A stretch of DNA of 64,000 bases from a virus (taxonomy: Duplodnaviria; Heunggongvirae; Uroviricota; Caudoviricetes), in IMG/VR virus record IMGVR_UViG_3300025765_000001; one strand, written 5' to 3'. This document shows positions 1 through 10,640 of this stretch, one piece after another (the stretch's first letter is position 1; every line of letters starts with the position of its first letter). A model generated the notes under the pieces. The model saw only the letters and a list, made by a program, of their open reading frames with translations, did no database searches and had not been told where the DNA came from. A program made the position numbers and the translations under genes.

Positions 1-23
1 CGCAAGGGCGGGCCTTGTAGTTT

Positions 24-1247
24 TTAACGGTTACTCAGACGTTCCAAAAGCAAAAGCTGGCAGGCGTTGAAGTCCTGGCTCTCGTCGGTGCAAACCAGAT
101 CAAACTTGGGGAACGGCAGATCGAGCAGGAGCGACAGGTAGAGCATGTCGTCAAACTCGATGTCCGTGACCTGATCTCCAGGGTACGGGACGCAGCCCAG
201 CACAACCCGGATCGTGTAATCGATCACCGCCGCTCGCACTTCAGCCGGGTTCGTGGCGTCGAAGGACTTGGGCATTTCCTCATCCTTCAAGTCATCGAAT
301 TCCGGGTCTTCGACTTCGTACTCATCGTACAGAGAGTCGATGAACTGTACCTGGGCATCGCTGAACTGCCAGCCCTGGCCCTCGACGTACTTGGGAAACA
401 CCGCCCAATTCTTGACGTAGCTCACCATCTCGATGACGGTGCTGGAGATGCGGTACTCGCCGATCTTGCGGACGGCCTTGAAATTCGGCCCGCTGTAGTC
501 CAAGCCCAGATCATCGCACAGGCATTGTGTGAACAGTTCCCGATTGAATTCTAGTTGGTCACGAGGTTTATACCCCTGCCGGTTGAGGGCAGTGAACCGC
601 TTCTTGAGAGCCGTGAAGCAGAACGAGTGGGTCGTGCGGGCCGGAACCCCGGTGCCCTGGAGCTTCTGCGAAAGCTCTTCCTGAATCTCCTTGTTGAATG
701 CAAGGTAGATGGCGTTCAGGCCACGGAGCAGCCCTCGCTTCTTCAGTTCACGAATGAGCCATACCAGCGTAGAAGTCTTGCCGCAGCCCGCCAGGGCACG
801 GATCAGCAGGTGGTCGCCCAACTGCGGATGGCCGCTCTCCAAGAGAGCGTCCAGAATCATCTGCTGGTACTCGTTGGCCTTGAAATCCTGGGCCACGGCC
901 ACAGGTGCAGGCGGCACCCAGCCGGGCTTGAGGGGCCACTGGACGGAGATATGGTAGACCTCGCCGGATGGGAAGAGCTTCTCCCGCTCTTCCGACGTGA
1001 GGTTGTCCTTCGACTTATAGGCGATCTGTGTGCCCGCCTTGAAGCGGGTGTGGGTGTGCATGTCGTAGCCATCGAACTTCGACGCCATGACCCGCATGTT
1101 GCAGACTAGGACACCACCAGGGATTTCCTTGTCACAAATCAGAGCATCGACCCCGCCATTGGCAGGCTTGGCGGTCGTGGTCGGCACGCTAATTGCCGGA
1201 CGGGAAGGGGTGCGGGGCGTCGGACGGTTGCGGTTGAAGCCAGCCAT
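24..1247 (-). CDS. UvrD/REP-family helicase N-terminal ATPase half (C-terminally truncated)
   Basis: Walker A AGCGKTST, LAFNKEI, THSF, Walker B DESQD; stop ~16 aa after motif II, so motifs III-VI are absent. Confidence 0.75.
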   Translation of the reverse strand: MAGFNRNRPTPRTPSRPAISVPTTTAKPANGGVDALICDKEIPGGVLVCNMRVMASKFDGYDMHTHTRFKAGTQIAYKSKDNLTSEEREKLFPSGEVYHISVQWPLKPGWVPPAPVAVAQDFKANEYQQMILDALLESGHPQLGDHLLIRALAGCGKTSTLVWLIRELKKRGLLRGLNAIYLAFNKEIQEELSQKLQGTGVPARTTHSFCFTALKKRFTALNRQGYKPRDQLEFNRELFTQCLCDDLGLDYSGPNFKAVRKIGEYRISSTVIEMVSYVKNWAVFPKYVEGQGWQFSDAQVQFIDSLYDEYEVEDPEFDDLKDEEMPKSFDATNPAEVRAAVIDYTIRVVLGCVPYPGDQVTDIEFDDMLYLSLLLDLPFPKFDLVCTDESQDFNACQLLLLERLSNR

Positions 1248-1293
1248 TGGTCAAGTCCCTCGTGCGATGAATGATGTCACAGCCTCACCACCC

Positions 1294-1321
1294 ATTATAA
1301 GCGTAGCATCACCGATGTCAA
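1294..1321 (-). promoter_or_regulatory. sigma70-type promoter
   Basis: TTGACA-16 nt-TATAAT upstream of the helicase gene. Confidence 0.8.
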
Positions 1322-1808
1322 GCGGGTTTACACCGATTTTTTGGTCAGATGGCAAATTTATTTTGGCCTTGCTCGATCTGGCCTGCCCGCAAGGGATTGC
1401 GGCAAGAGAGATTGTCCGCTGTATGTGGAAGGCAGCAACAACCTCTGCCTTGTCTGCCGGGCCAAACATATTTGTCGGAAATGGGGGCGGAATGAATGAG
1501 CGATGTAGAGACTGGAAGAAGCACAAGAGATGAAGGCATTACCAGTATGTTGAAATAAAATAACGAAACAAGAATTCTTGGATTGGGCCGTTTCTACGAC
1601 CAACTACACTGCAAACACGGCCCACTAGATGTGGGTGTTACCGTAGACAGCACCGACCAGAAAAAGTACGAAGGGGTGACTAAGTGCCTTTTGAAATTTT
1701 GCAGGGACTACAATACGAATGCGGAAAAAGCTGCCGAGTTTGCTTTGAAAGCAATTAGACTAGCAGGTATAAAGTAACACCTGGCATGATCGAATACCGG
1801 GCGTTTGG

Positions 1809-2411
1809 TTACATTTCCCTGATCGCTGTTTCTAGCCGTTTGTCGGCCTGGGCTTCTAGTTCCCTGATTCTGTCCCGTAGCTGCTTGTTCTCGGCTACTA
1901 GCTCCTCGGTTCGCTGGTGTGAGGCTATAAGCGTTTGGTAGGCTTCCTCGAAGCCTTCTTGCAATGCTTCCTCGGCTTCTAGCCGCATCTCCCGTAGTTG
2001 CTCGGTATGAGCAGACAACAGGTTTTCGATTCTGCTGAACCAGCGTCTAGCATCGTCAATCATCTCGGCCTGCAACAGCAGATAGCGGTCACGCCAAATA
2101 TCGGTTCCAGCACGCTTCTTGCCAGCCGCTAGAGCCGGGTCACACCCAGCACCCATGAAGAACCCATGCGGGCGACTGCTTCCCGACCGACCACGAGCGA
2201 AAGTAGTGGGCGACACTATGTTGGTTATTGCTTCCTTATTAAAGGAGGCGGGGTTGTAGTTTTTTGGCATATCCTCACAAGGGCCTGAGTAGGCCCCTGG
2301 ATGACAAGCCTCTCCTGAATAAGCATGAGCCACTGGTTGCTTGCAACATTCGTTCTTGGGCAGAGCTTCGTCTACCCTGGAGCATTTGGATTTGTTTTTT
2401 TGCTTCATCAT
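1809..2411 (-). CDS. hypothetical protein, C-terminal coiled coil
   Basis: 200-aa ORF coupled (ATGA overlap) to 2408..2599. Confidence 0.6.
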   Translation of the reverse strand: MMKQKNKSKCSRVDEALPKNECCKQPVAHAYSGEACHPGAYSGPCEDMPKNYNPASFNKEAITNIVSPTTFARGRSGSSRPHGFFMGAGCDPALAAGKKRAGTDIWRDRYLLLQAEMIDDARRWFSRIENLLSAHTEQLREMRLEAEEALQEGFEEAYQTLIASHQRTEELVAENKQLRDRIRELEAQADKRLETAIREM

Positions 2412-2599
2412 TTTCCTTGTTTGATGTTTATTTCTTCTACGACTTCAAGTACCCGTACCTTCACTATGTTCATCTTGTTGGACTCTGCGATCTCTCTGGC
2501 AATCTTCTTTGTCTTGGCTAGATCGTCGTTTCCCCAAGCTGTGTTGTGCCACTGGCCCACGTTTGAATCGGGTTCGGTCAATCTGAAAATCTGAATCAT
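2408..2599 (-). CDS. hypothetical protein
   Basis: 63-aa ORF overlapping next gene by 4 nt. Confidence 0.55.
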   Translation of the reverse strand: MIQIFRLTEPDSNVGQWHNTAWGNDDLAKTKKIAREIAESNKMNIVKVRVLEVVEEINIKQGK

Positions 2600-2658
2600 T
2601 CACACATAATATAGTAAGCGATTGCCGAAAACTAGAGCAACTCGAACTAAATAACAAC

Positions 2659-3375
2659 ATGACCTGGGATGCGAGAATACTTTGCGAAACCCGCCGTCTA
2701 GCTGGCTTAACGGACGCTATCGACCTTCGTGATCCACGAGGCTTTACGTCCCGCCATCTATACGAGCAACTGATGCGGCTCGATGAAATGTCGCTGGCCG
2801 CTACCAACACCACGGTCCTAGGAGGACCGCCGAAGCACGCTGGTCTCATCAGAAAAGCAACAAGTGCCTTTGACTGGATTCACAGGAACAGCATCCACGC
2901 CGTCATCATCGGCGGTGCCGCAGTGGTCAACTACCTGGACGGCGGCAGAGACCTAACCCCCGATATAGACTTCCTTGTGCCCGAAGTACGTTCGGTGATA
3001 GAGAAACTGAACCACGACGGCATCAAGTGGCAACAACTGCATGGCGAGGAAGGTGTGTTTTCAGGTGTTCAAGTCATGGCCTTCGATGCCGATTTCCTAG
3101 ACGGCAGTTACGGCAACCGAGTCCTCAATAACTACATCCTCTCCACGGCCATCTCGCAAATGGTCGGCGGTCAACAGTTCCCAATGATCGAGCCGCACGT
3201 TCTGGTCGTGCAGAAGTTCAGCAACCGCCGAGACAAGGACGACAACGACGCTTTCAAGCTGCTCGCCAAGCCGGGCCTGCTCAACAAGGCCGCTTTCAAG
3301 AAGGTTCTCCGTGATCTTCGGGGAGCCGTAGCTGTTGATGAAATAAAGGATTACATTCACATGATTACCGGGTGA
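2659..3375 (+). CDS. nucleotidyltransferase-fold protein (Pol-beta superfamily)
   Basis: IIGGAAV...TPDIDFLV signature, C-terminal K..RRDKD..D; TAAATA at 2648-2653. Confidence 0.75.
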   Translation: MTWDARILCETRRLAGLTDAIDLRDPRGFTSRHLYEQLMRLDEMSLAATNTTVLGGPPKHAGLIRKATSAFDWIHRNSIHAVIIGGAAVVNYLDGGRDLTPDIDFLVPEVRSVIEKLNHDGIKWQQLHGEEGVFSGVQVMAFDADFLDGSYGNRVLNNYILSTAISQMVGGQQFPMIEPHVLVVQKFSNRRDKDDNDAFKLLAKPGLLNKAAFKKVLRDLRGAVAVDEIKDYIHMITG

Positions 3376-3617
3376 CAAAGAGCCTGCCGGTGCCCATAAT
3401 GGACCTGGATTCTGTGAATCCCCTTGCTCTTGGACAATTCGGAAAGCGACAACGTAGAAGATCGCTACTTCATGAATAGCAATCCCTTTTTCAAGGGAGC
3501 CAAAATAGAAGGGAAGGGTTCGTGGCATTCTTAACTGATATTCAAGAGGAACAAAGTAGAAGAATTTCAGATTGAGCGGCACGGCGGCATAGCAATTGCC
3601 AAAATAGGAGAGTCAAC

Positions 3618-4392
3618 ATGAAAGCTGGCGAGATGAAGCAGGGATTGTAGCCATCGAGCAAGACAAAATACAAATCAGGCGTTTCGTGAACTCGGTTTTG
3701 AGAGCATCCCAAGCCAACTTTACATCCGAACCCCTGGTCGCTACAATACGACCATCGGCGTTGCCCAACTCACCTTGTCAAAAAGGCGTTACTCATGCAC
3801 ATGCACTTTCAAGTTCGGGCGTCCGGTAAGTGGCTGTTTCCGAAGTTCTTTCAGTGCCTCTTCGACGCCAAAGGAACCGCCCTTGAAGGCAAACCTGAGC
3901 AAGTCGTGCCCATGTTCGACCACTGTGTTGATACGCTCCAAGACCTCAAACAGACCCAGAATCAGCACGTCAACAAGCTCATGAATCTCTTCTGGATGCT
4001 TGTCGATAACAAGGTCACGCCCGCCGCTCTCATGGAACCCGAAGGCATTAAAAGTCTTTTCATGGCCTTAAGGGACGTGCGGCATCCATTTCTGGGCAGA
4101 AATCAAACCAGACCTCTACATGCAAATGGACGGTCTAGTTTTCAACGCCTCCGCTGCCGCCGACTTCGCAAACAACCAGCTAGGCAAATATACCCCGCTG
4201 CGGAACACCGCATACGAGGCCGAATTCCTCCTCTACATGCTCAGCAAACCCAAGGCGGGGTTTCAGCCTAACGTCTGGCAAACCGAAACCCTCAACCGGA
4301 TGCCCAAGGGACTAGACTCCCTGCCCGCTGAGGCTAGATATAAACTACGCCCGTTCCAAGAACACGACTTCGATCAATACTACAAGGGGTAA
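3618..4392 (+). pseudogene. frameshifted hypothetical gene
   Basis: RBS+ATG at 3618, protein-like reading continues across frames (3795..4271, then 4120..4392). Confidence 0.5.
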
Positions 4393-4394
4393 TC

Positions 4395-4634
4395 ATGATC
4401 CGCATCGCTTTCCGAAAAGACAAATTCTTGATTTTTCTCGGAGCCGACGACGAAGCCGAGTTGCACCAGACGGCAACGCTCGAAGGGGCCATCGTCCACG
4501 CCGCCAGGGAATGCGTTGTCATCGGACAGCGACTCGGCAAACCCAAGGCTATCCCACTCGTTATCGACCCCAGCGTGGCTAAACACTTCGCCACTCAGGG
4601 CTTCGACGGCGACCCCACGTTCAAAGATAAGTGA
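4395..4634 (+). CDS. hypothetical protein
   Basis: 79-aa ORF abutting previous stop. Confidence 0.6.
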   Translation: MIRIAFRKDKFLIFLGADDEAELHQTATLEGAIVHAARECVVIGQRLGKPKAIPLVIDPSVAKHFATQGFDGDPTFKDK

Positions 4635-4988
4635 AGCATGAGCGAGTGGCGACTACACCACTGAGATTAGAATAGACAACTATACGCCTCCACCAGAACA
4701 TATCGCCTGAGCACGATCAATGATCGCCATGATGAAGGACGGAGGCGTTTGGGTTGCCTCTGTTTCTCAATAAACCTACGTCTTCAAGAAGAGCATCAAC
4801 CAACTCTAGTTGATCCAGGGGTCGGACGATGAAGTAGCTAAAGACGTATTCGAGAAGAACAAAATCTTGTTTGGACAGTTGGGCTACAAAGTGCTAGATA
4901 AGCAGCATGAGTCCAACTGAAAATTCGAGATTTTGGATTTTCAGAAAAAGAGTAATCGTGACCTGACGACTTTAACGGAGACTCGCAC

Positions 4989-5195
4989 ATGGAAGGGGAT
5001 AGGACTACCTTCTTCTGTCTCGACTGTGGATACGAGAACAAGTACACTGTCGAGCAACTCATCGGGCGACTGCCGCTCACCTGCAAAAACTGCAAATCCA
5101 TCAACGTCCAGAGAGATTCTCACGCTCGCCACAAAAAAGATTGGCAACGAAAAGCCATTTCTGATATAAAATTGGCGAAACGCCATTGCCCATGA
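4989..5195 (+). CDS. zinc-ribbon protein
   Basis: CLDC...CKNC. Confidence 0.6.
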   Translation: MEGDRTTFFCLDCGYENKYTVEQLIGRLPLTCKNCKSINVQRDSHARHKKDWQRKAISDIKLAKRHCP

Positions 5196-5208
5196 AAGGA
5201 GTCTCACG

Positions 5209-5358
5209 ATGTCTGACTGGCTAATCGGAGTCCTGGTGTTCGTGGTGATCGCTGCCCTCATCATCTGGCTGCTCCCCACTTGGCTGTTCAAGTGGATCGG
5301 CATGGGCGTCGTCGCCATGTTTGTCCTGGGAGTCATCGCCAAGAAACGTATGAGCTAG
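5209..5358 (+). CDS. small membrane protein (49 aa, not in ORF track)
   Basis: AAGGAG RBS; MSDWLIGVLVFVVIAALIIWLLPTWLFKWIGMGVVAMFVLGVIAKKRMS; hairpin follows. Confidence 0.7.
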   Translation: MSDWLIGVLVFVVIAALIIWLLPTWLFKWIGMGVVAMFVLGVIAKKRMS

Positions 5359-5418
5359 AACGCCCACCCGCCATCAAAAACACGCCCACGACGTGGGCGT
5401 GTTAATGTGAGTTCAAGC

Positions 5419-6021
5419 ATGATCATAAAACTGTTGGAAGGACTGCCTCAACAAACAGTCCTCAAAATTGTTGTCATCAAGAAGAACGACCCCAAAGCCG
5501 TTCCCGCCCCCGGTGTCAACGATAGTGATGGTCTCGGTATCGTAAAAGAAGAATGGGACACACTCTACAAACTGTCCCAGGATTCTAGCTACCGTCATGT
5601 ACTCACGCTTTGCTCTCGCCCTGGTTCTAGCTACTTCGCTCGCTACCTGGAGTTGACCTACTTCCATCCAGATAAGCCAGAACTGAACAACCTGTTCGAC
5701 CAGAGATTTTTCAGGTGGAATGATCTCCACTTTACCATCTTAACTGTGCCAGCATCTTTCGATCACGTCCTGCACGAGACAGCCACGGTTGTTGGTGTGC
5801 GGTTGGTAGATCGAGCTTTACCAGTTCTCATCGGCGGCGGCAAAATCGAACGCCTCCCGCTACATGACTCCTATCTCTACACAATGGAAAACGCACCTGG
5901 ACATATGGTCTATACCCAGGGGTGGGAGAAGGCACACGAACAAGAAAACAAAGATGTGCAGACCATCGAGAACAAGAAGCTGACGCCGCACCATACAGTG
6001 CAGGGAGGCGATACCAAATGA
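5419..6021 (+). CDS. hypothetical protein
   Basis: ~200-aa ORF, coupled to next gene. Confidence 0.6.
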   Translation: MIIKLLEGLPQQTVLKIVVIKKNDPKAVPAPGVNDSDGLGIVKEEWDTLYKLSQDSSYRHVLTLCSRPGSSYFARYLELTYFHPDKPELNNLFDQRFFRWNDLHFTILTVPASFDHVLHETATVVGVRLVDRALPVLIGGGKIERLPLHDSYLYTMENAPGHMVYTQGWEKAHEQENKDVQTIENKKLTPHHTVQGGDTK

Positions 6022-6422
6022 GCCAACAACTATATATCCACGACAAGATCAGGGTTGACTTCCAGCGTGACGATACCTTCATGAAACGGCTCGCCTACGT
6101 CATGAAGGGCGAACTTCGGAAACACCAGCCGCAAGCCTATAAGGGCTGGGGCAAAAAAGAAACACCGCTCAGCAAGAAATTTATCTTCTGGGACGGCAAG
6201 CAATTCGTCTGTCTCAACGATGTCAAGAGCCTCACTGCCACAGCACAACTTGAGGCCACGCCCGATCTGACAGAACCCACTCAGCTATACTATAAGGGGC
6301 CTTATGGCAGCCCCATCAAAGAACTGTTCACCAAGCCGGTTCCCAAAGCTCAACGCCGTGGCAAATTACTGGTGCGTCATGCCCGAAGCGTTGAAGGAAA
6401 AACTCAAGAAACAGAAAAATAG
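6018..6422 (+). CDS. hypothetical protein, probably frameshifted near its 3' end
   Basis: GGAGG RBS + ATG 6018; protein-like reading (PEALKEKLKKQK) continues in another frame. Confidence 0.5.
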   Translation: MSQQLYIHDKIRVDFQRDDTFMKRLAYVMKGELRKHQPQAYKGWGKKETPLSKKFIFWDGKQFVCLNDVKSLTATAQLEATPDLTEPTQLYYKGPYGSPIKELFTKPVPKAQRRGKLLVRHARSVEGKTQETEK

Positions 6423-6620
6423 AAGGAGGCACACCCAAACGTCGAACGGTGCCAACTATCCAAGACCTTCATCAACAAGCAAGAACGAGAAGAACAAATT
6501 CGCCTACGTACCTACCTGCTCTCGGAGTCGATAGGACACCCAAAAGGATACGCTGATGCCTTTTGGAGACTCGCAGAACTAGAATGGTAATCCCACCATC
6601 CAGATGTAAGGAACCCCCGT

Positions 6621-6938
6621 ATGTTGTATGTTGAAGATGCCATCCATGAACTCGTCAAAATCGGCTTCACCCTGAACGATGCTGAGGCAGCACGGAAAAC
6701 TGTGGCTACGCAAGAGCCTAAGTTTGTCCACTATCGCTTGCTGTACCTCACCAAAGGCGGGTCCGTCGAGAAATGGCATCGGGTCGAAAAAGCCTTCCAG
6801 CAGGGGTTCCTCCGTATGCACCACGCCGCCATCCGGCATCAGCGTGACCACGACACAAAAACCTGCCCCATGTGCAAAGCAGAACGTGATCGTCTCAATG
6901 AGTGCCATAATGCGACCCTCGAAAAGAAGCAGGCTTAA
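6621..6938 (+). CDS. hypothetical protein
   Basis: 105-aa ORF, CPMC motif. Confidence 0.6.
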   Translation: MLYVEDAIHELVKIGFTLNDAEAARKTVATQEPKFVHYRLLYLTKGGSVEKWHRVEKAFQQGFLRMHHAAIRHQRDHDTKTCPMCKAERDRLNECHNATLEKKQA

Positions 6939-7240
6939 TAACCTATACGAACAGTGGGATTTTTTTCAAACACTCTCTATCGAGGATGGTTGTGAAATAG
7001 GTGCAATAACCAGACCCAGATGACATCATTGTTGTAGAAGAGATACCAGAACCGGCCCCCGCCTTCGCCCAACACTACGATGTCCTCTACGACGGCAAGA
7101 AAATCGGCAAAGTAAATGGAGCCGAATACAAGGACACAAAAAGCCTACGCCCTCGCCCAACAACACGGAGAGACAGCTAATCTCTCAAAAGTCCGCCTCA
7201 ACCAAGATAAGAAATCGGCAGCAGGTATACCCGACTACTG

Positions 7241-8164
7241 GTGATAACAATGAATGAAATCACCGTCCGAGACAAGATGCAACCAGACATCAAGACGATG
7301 TTTTATAACTACGTCGCTGGCGTCATCGACCAGGAAGGCGTCTACCCCTACCCCGCTATGTGGCACACCGTTGACCCCAATCTACTCAAAGACGGCTGCC
7401 CACCAGAAGAAGCCCTACGCCTCAACGTCGCCGCCCTCGACCTAAAACCCCACCAAGTTGTCCTCCACCTACTCAAACAACGCCTCGAAAGTGCCACGGA
7501 ACTCATCTATGGCATCGATCGCACCACCAAGGAAGGCCAAGGCACTACCCTCTCCGATGTACTAACCTGTGGCTATTGGTCCCAAACTACAGGTTGGCAA
7601 ATCGGCGTCATTGAATACAACGTCTCCAACCAGGGCAAAACCGTCCTCCCCTGGAACTGGAATAATCAGTTCTGGACGGAACTCGTCATGCAGGAAATCG
7701 AACATTATGAGCGGACAGTCAAAACACTTTCTCTCAAACTCGCTCACGCCAAAGCCATTCAGCGACAAGAACTTAACCGCCCTCTACTCGACCCACCTAC
7801 CCTCGAAAGGTATGAGGCCAAATTCCAGGCCGATCTCCAAGAAAATCCACCGGAACAAACAGCACCGCCGTACCTAAACCTTCGTGACATATACTTCGCT
7901 GGGTACTGGCTCGCAGATCGCCTAACAGAACTCAACGCCCCACAACACGAAATCTATGACGCCTGCCAAGTGCAAGGCCAACGCTCGTTTCTGTTTAACC
8001 CCTGGAAAGCCGCCCAGCTTGTCCTCGATAACTACAAGAAAGGAGTTAAAGAAACGCCCGGAGAACAACTCGCCCAACAAATCATGCTCGAAGAGATAAT
8101 CAGCCTCGATGACCTTAACCCCACCCAGGCTATCCGTTTTAACCTACGTGACCTAGACTCGTAA
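7241..8164 (+). CDS. hypothetical protein
   Basis: 307-aa ORF with local C-ending codon bias. Confidence 0.7.
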   Translation: MITMNEITVRDKMQPDIKTMFYNYVAGVIDQEGVYPYPAMWHTVDPNLLKDGCPPEEALRLNVAALDLKPHQVVLHLLKQRLESATELIYGIDRTTKEGQGTTLSDVLTCGYWSQTTGWQIGVIEYNVSNQGKTVLPWNWNNQFWTELVMQEIEHYERTVKTLSLKLAHAKAIQRQELNRPLLDPPTLERYEAKFQADLQENPPEQTAPPYLNLRDIYFAGYWLADRLTELNAPQHEIYDACQVQGQRSFLFNPWKAAQLVLDNYKKGVKETPGEQLAQQIMLEEIISLDDLNPTQAIRFNLRDLDS

Positions 8165-8202
8165 CCAATGGAAGGTTCCCGTCAGAAAGCGAGCGTACCG
8201 AG

Positions 8203-8604
8203 ATGCTCTTCACAGTGCCCCACACGAAAATGGATCAGGTAGCTTCCTACCTGATCGGCCTCGCCAGGAAATACCCCTGGCGAGCTACCAAAGAGCCAGT
8301 ACACCCCCGACACCGCTGCTCCCTACACCTGGGAAAGATCACCCTCACCCTCCAGTTCATGCTGGTCCAATACGGCGTGAGGAAGTTCTATTCCCTCAAG
8401 ATCATCTCCAGGGACCATATCCCGCCCCAAGACGATCTCTGTAACTACGTCAAAGGATACTTCTTCAAAGACCACCCCGAAGATGTATCCGAGATAAAGA
8501 GCAGCCACGCCTACATCCGTACCTTCATCAACGAAGAATTGAACTGCGACCACCAATGCGATACCTACCCATCAAAACACGCCTGCCAGGATGTTTCCCT
8601 CTGA
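8203..8604 (+). CDS. hypothetical protein
   Basis: 133-aa ORF. Confidence 0.6.
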   Translation: MLFTVPHTKMDQVASYLIGLARKYPWRATKEPVHPRHRCSLHLGKITLTLQFMLVQYGVRKFYSLKIISRDHIPPQDDLCNYVKGYFFKDHPEDVSEIKSSHAYIRTFINEELNCDHQCDTYPSKHACQDVSL

Positions 8605-8669
8605 CCTAGGAACATCCTACAGGATGTATCCTCCCACATAGGAGCATCCTGTACTGCAACGAGCCAATA

Positions 8670-8700
8670 AGAACGCCCTGGCCGTAGGCCAGGGCGTTCT
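8670..8700. terminator. perfect 14-bp hairpin (loop GTA) between convergent genes
   Basis: AGAACGCCCTGGCC-GTA-GGCCAGGGCGTTCT. Confidence 0.65.
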
Positions 8701-8712
8701 AGTTTCTGTGTC

Positions 8713-9099
8713 CTACATCAATCGCTCACCCGTCCTAAACGCCCCACGAGCCGCCTTGTACTTGCGATCCAATGCCTCTAACTTTAGCCAGTCTACGTTC
8801 GTCTGCGAACCACACATTGTACCGCCCTCCAAAACAACTCAAGCATTCGTGAACAATCCAATATCTTCTTTAACACCGCATCCCTGTCATAGCCAGCCTC
8901 ACGCAACGATAACAACGAAGAGGCACCATCCCGCTTCGACAACGGCTTGCCGTGTTGATGGCAAGAAACTAATGTCACACTCACGTACTAAACCTATCTC
9001 CTCTAACAACCGATACAATATGACCTGCTTGCCAGTGTTGCTCATGTGATCCGTACCCCTGATTATTAAATTGACTCCCTCATCATAGTCATCCGTAAC
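8713..9099 (-). pseudogene. glutamyl-tRNA synthetase / GluQ-RS-like C-terminal fragment, frameshifted
   Basis: DDYDEGVNLIIRGTDHMSNTGKQ (IRGxDH motif), GKPLSKRDGASS (KMSKS), VDWLKLEALDRKY in successive frames; no HIGH-motif half. Confidence 0.75.
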
Positions 9100-9164
9100 C
9101 CGGATCGCCCCTTTCCCTACAGGCGACTTCCACATAGGGCGTCCGACCCGCCTACAACTTTGCA

Positions 9165-9757
9165 TCAGTTATTATCAAGCCATACTCTAATAGCTCGTTC
9201 TCCAGCAGACTCATTCACAGTAAACTCACCGTGTTCCTTGTATATAACTGTGATTTTGCTTCTTGCATTTGTATAGATGGTTTTCAAGTAATCGTAGGTA
9301 TTTCCATGAGTTGCAACACATCTTGAAATGAATTCATCATTAGTAAGCCTCATGGACTCTGTGTCACAGAATTTACATATGTTCTCTTGCCGCTCTAGGG
9401 AACGGAATTAAATATGGTCAGGAGGTCAGCCCCAAGAACTTGAAAATACTCGGTAGGAAACACTCACTACGCTTTGATTTTACTGCGTACCATAAGGGCC
9501 AAACTGTCATAATCGAGTTCAACGGCAGGCAGCACTATGAGCCAATTAGACTCCGTTGTAAAAAACTGGAGAGTGGAGAGTGGCGATTGACAGATTTTGC
9601 TTATCAATAACTCAAAGATCAGTTCAAGAGAGATTGGTGTCGGATACGAAAACTACCTTTTATCGAGATACCGTATTGGGAATTCAAAAACATTCCTGAT
9701 TTGCTAGATGGCCTTTTGTTAAAACTCGACAGAATCGTTTCTACCCCCCAGATTTGA
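9165..9757. pseudogene. phage homing-endonuclease-like gene (DUF723-like N-terminus + PD-(D/E)xK C-terminus) broken by inversion
   Basis: N-half on minus (MRLTNDEFISRCVATHGNTYDY...GERAIRVWLDNN); C-half on plus (GIKYGQE...LRFD...IIEFNGRQHYEP...IEIPYWEFKNI). Confidence 0.7.
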
Positions 9758-9960
9758 AAAAACCGTTTCGCTGATACCGTAGTATATAAGCATTTAGATG
9801 CACTTGTTGTCTGTTAGTTGTCATAGCTTATTAAGTTGTCCTAGTCGCCGTTTCTTTGTAACTATAGAATCTCGACCCGTCACAGGCGACTAGACTAGTA
9901 AAACCACAGGTCTCATCTATAAAACCCCGACTAATCTAGTAACCGCCAAGGCCCGCCCGC

Positions 9961-10640
9961 AGTTCTAACAGATTGGGACTATAGAAACAAAATCTATACG
10001 AATGTGTTAGCTCCACCCCGGCGAAGCCGGGGTGGAGCCGGGGTGGAGCCGGGGTGGAGCCGGGGTGGAGCTAACATGCAGTTCTAACAGATTGGGACTA
10101 TAGAAACAAAATCTATACGAATGTGTTAGCTCCACCCCGGCTTCGCCGGGGTGGAGCTAGTCCTATCGCCTAGCTCGTGATTAGATGTGTAGGAACTCGT
10201 GCGGCCCACGAGTTTTTATAGACCGGTCTGTATGTAGGCGGGTTTCTAGGCCCGTCCGCAGTTCTAATAGATTGGGTCTATAGAAACAAAATCTATACGA
10301 ATGTGTAGGCGGGTTTCTAGGCCCGTCCGTAGTTCTAACAGATTGGGTCTATAGAAACAAAATCTATACGAATGTGTTAGCTCCACCCCGGCTTTGCCGG
10401 GGTGGAGCAGTTTAGCCCGATGGAGTTTAGGTTCGACCTCGGCTTTGCCGGGGTGGAGCAGTTTAGCCCGATGGAGTTTAGTAGTACGAGGTTCGACCTC
10501 GGCGAAGCTATATCTGAGCAGTTTAGCCCGGTGGAGTTTAGTAGTACGAGGCTCCCCGCCTGACGAATGTGTTGGCTTCCTATATCTGAGCAGTTTAGCC
10601 CGGTGGAGTTTAGTAGTACGAGGCTCCCCGCCGCCTGCTG
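9961..10640. repeat. complex direct-repeat/hairpin cluster (origin- or terminus-like)
   Basis: 4 copies of ~47-bp AGTTCTAACAGATTGGG(A/T)CTATAGAAACAAAATCTATACGAATGTGT (9961, 10080, 10260, 10331); 11-bp GCCGGGGTGGA x4 (10026-10070); GAGCAGTTTAGCCCG(A/G)TGGAGTTTAG x4; CTCCACCCCGGC hairpins. Confidence 0.9.

Noticed and set aside
9961-10640. CRISPR array
   Set aside because: Spacing is irregular, intervening sequences are themselves repeats or hairpins rather than unique spacers, and no cas genes are present.
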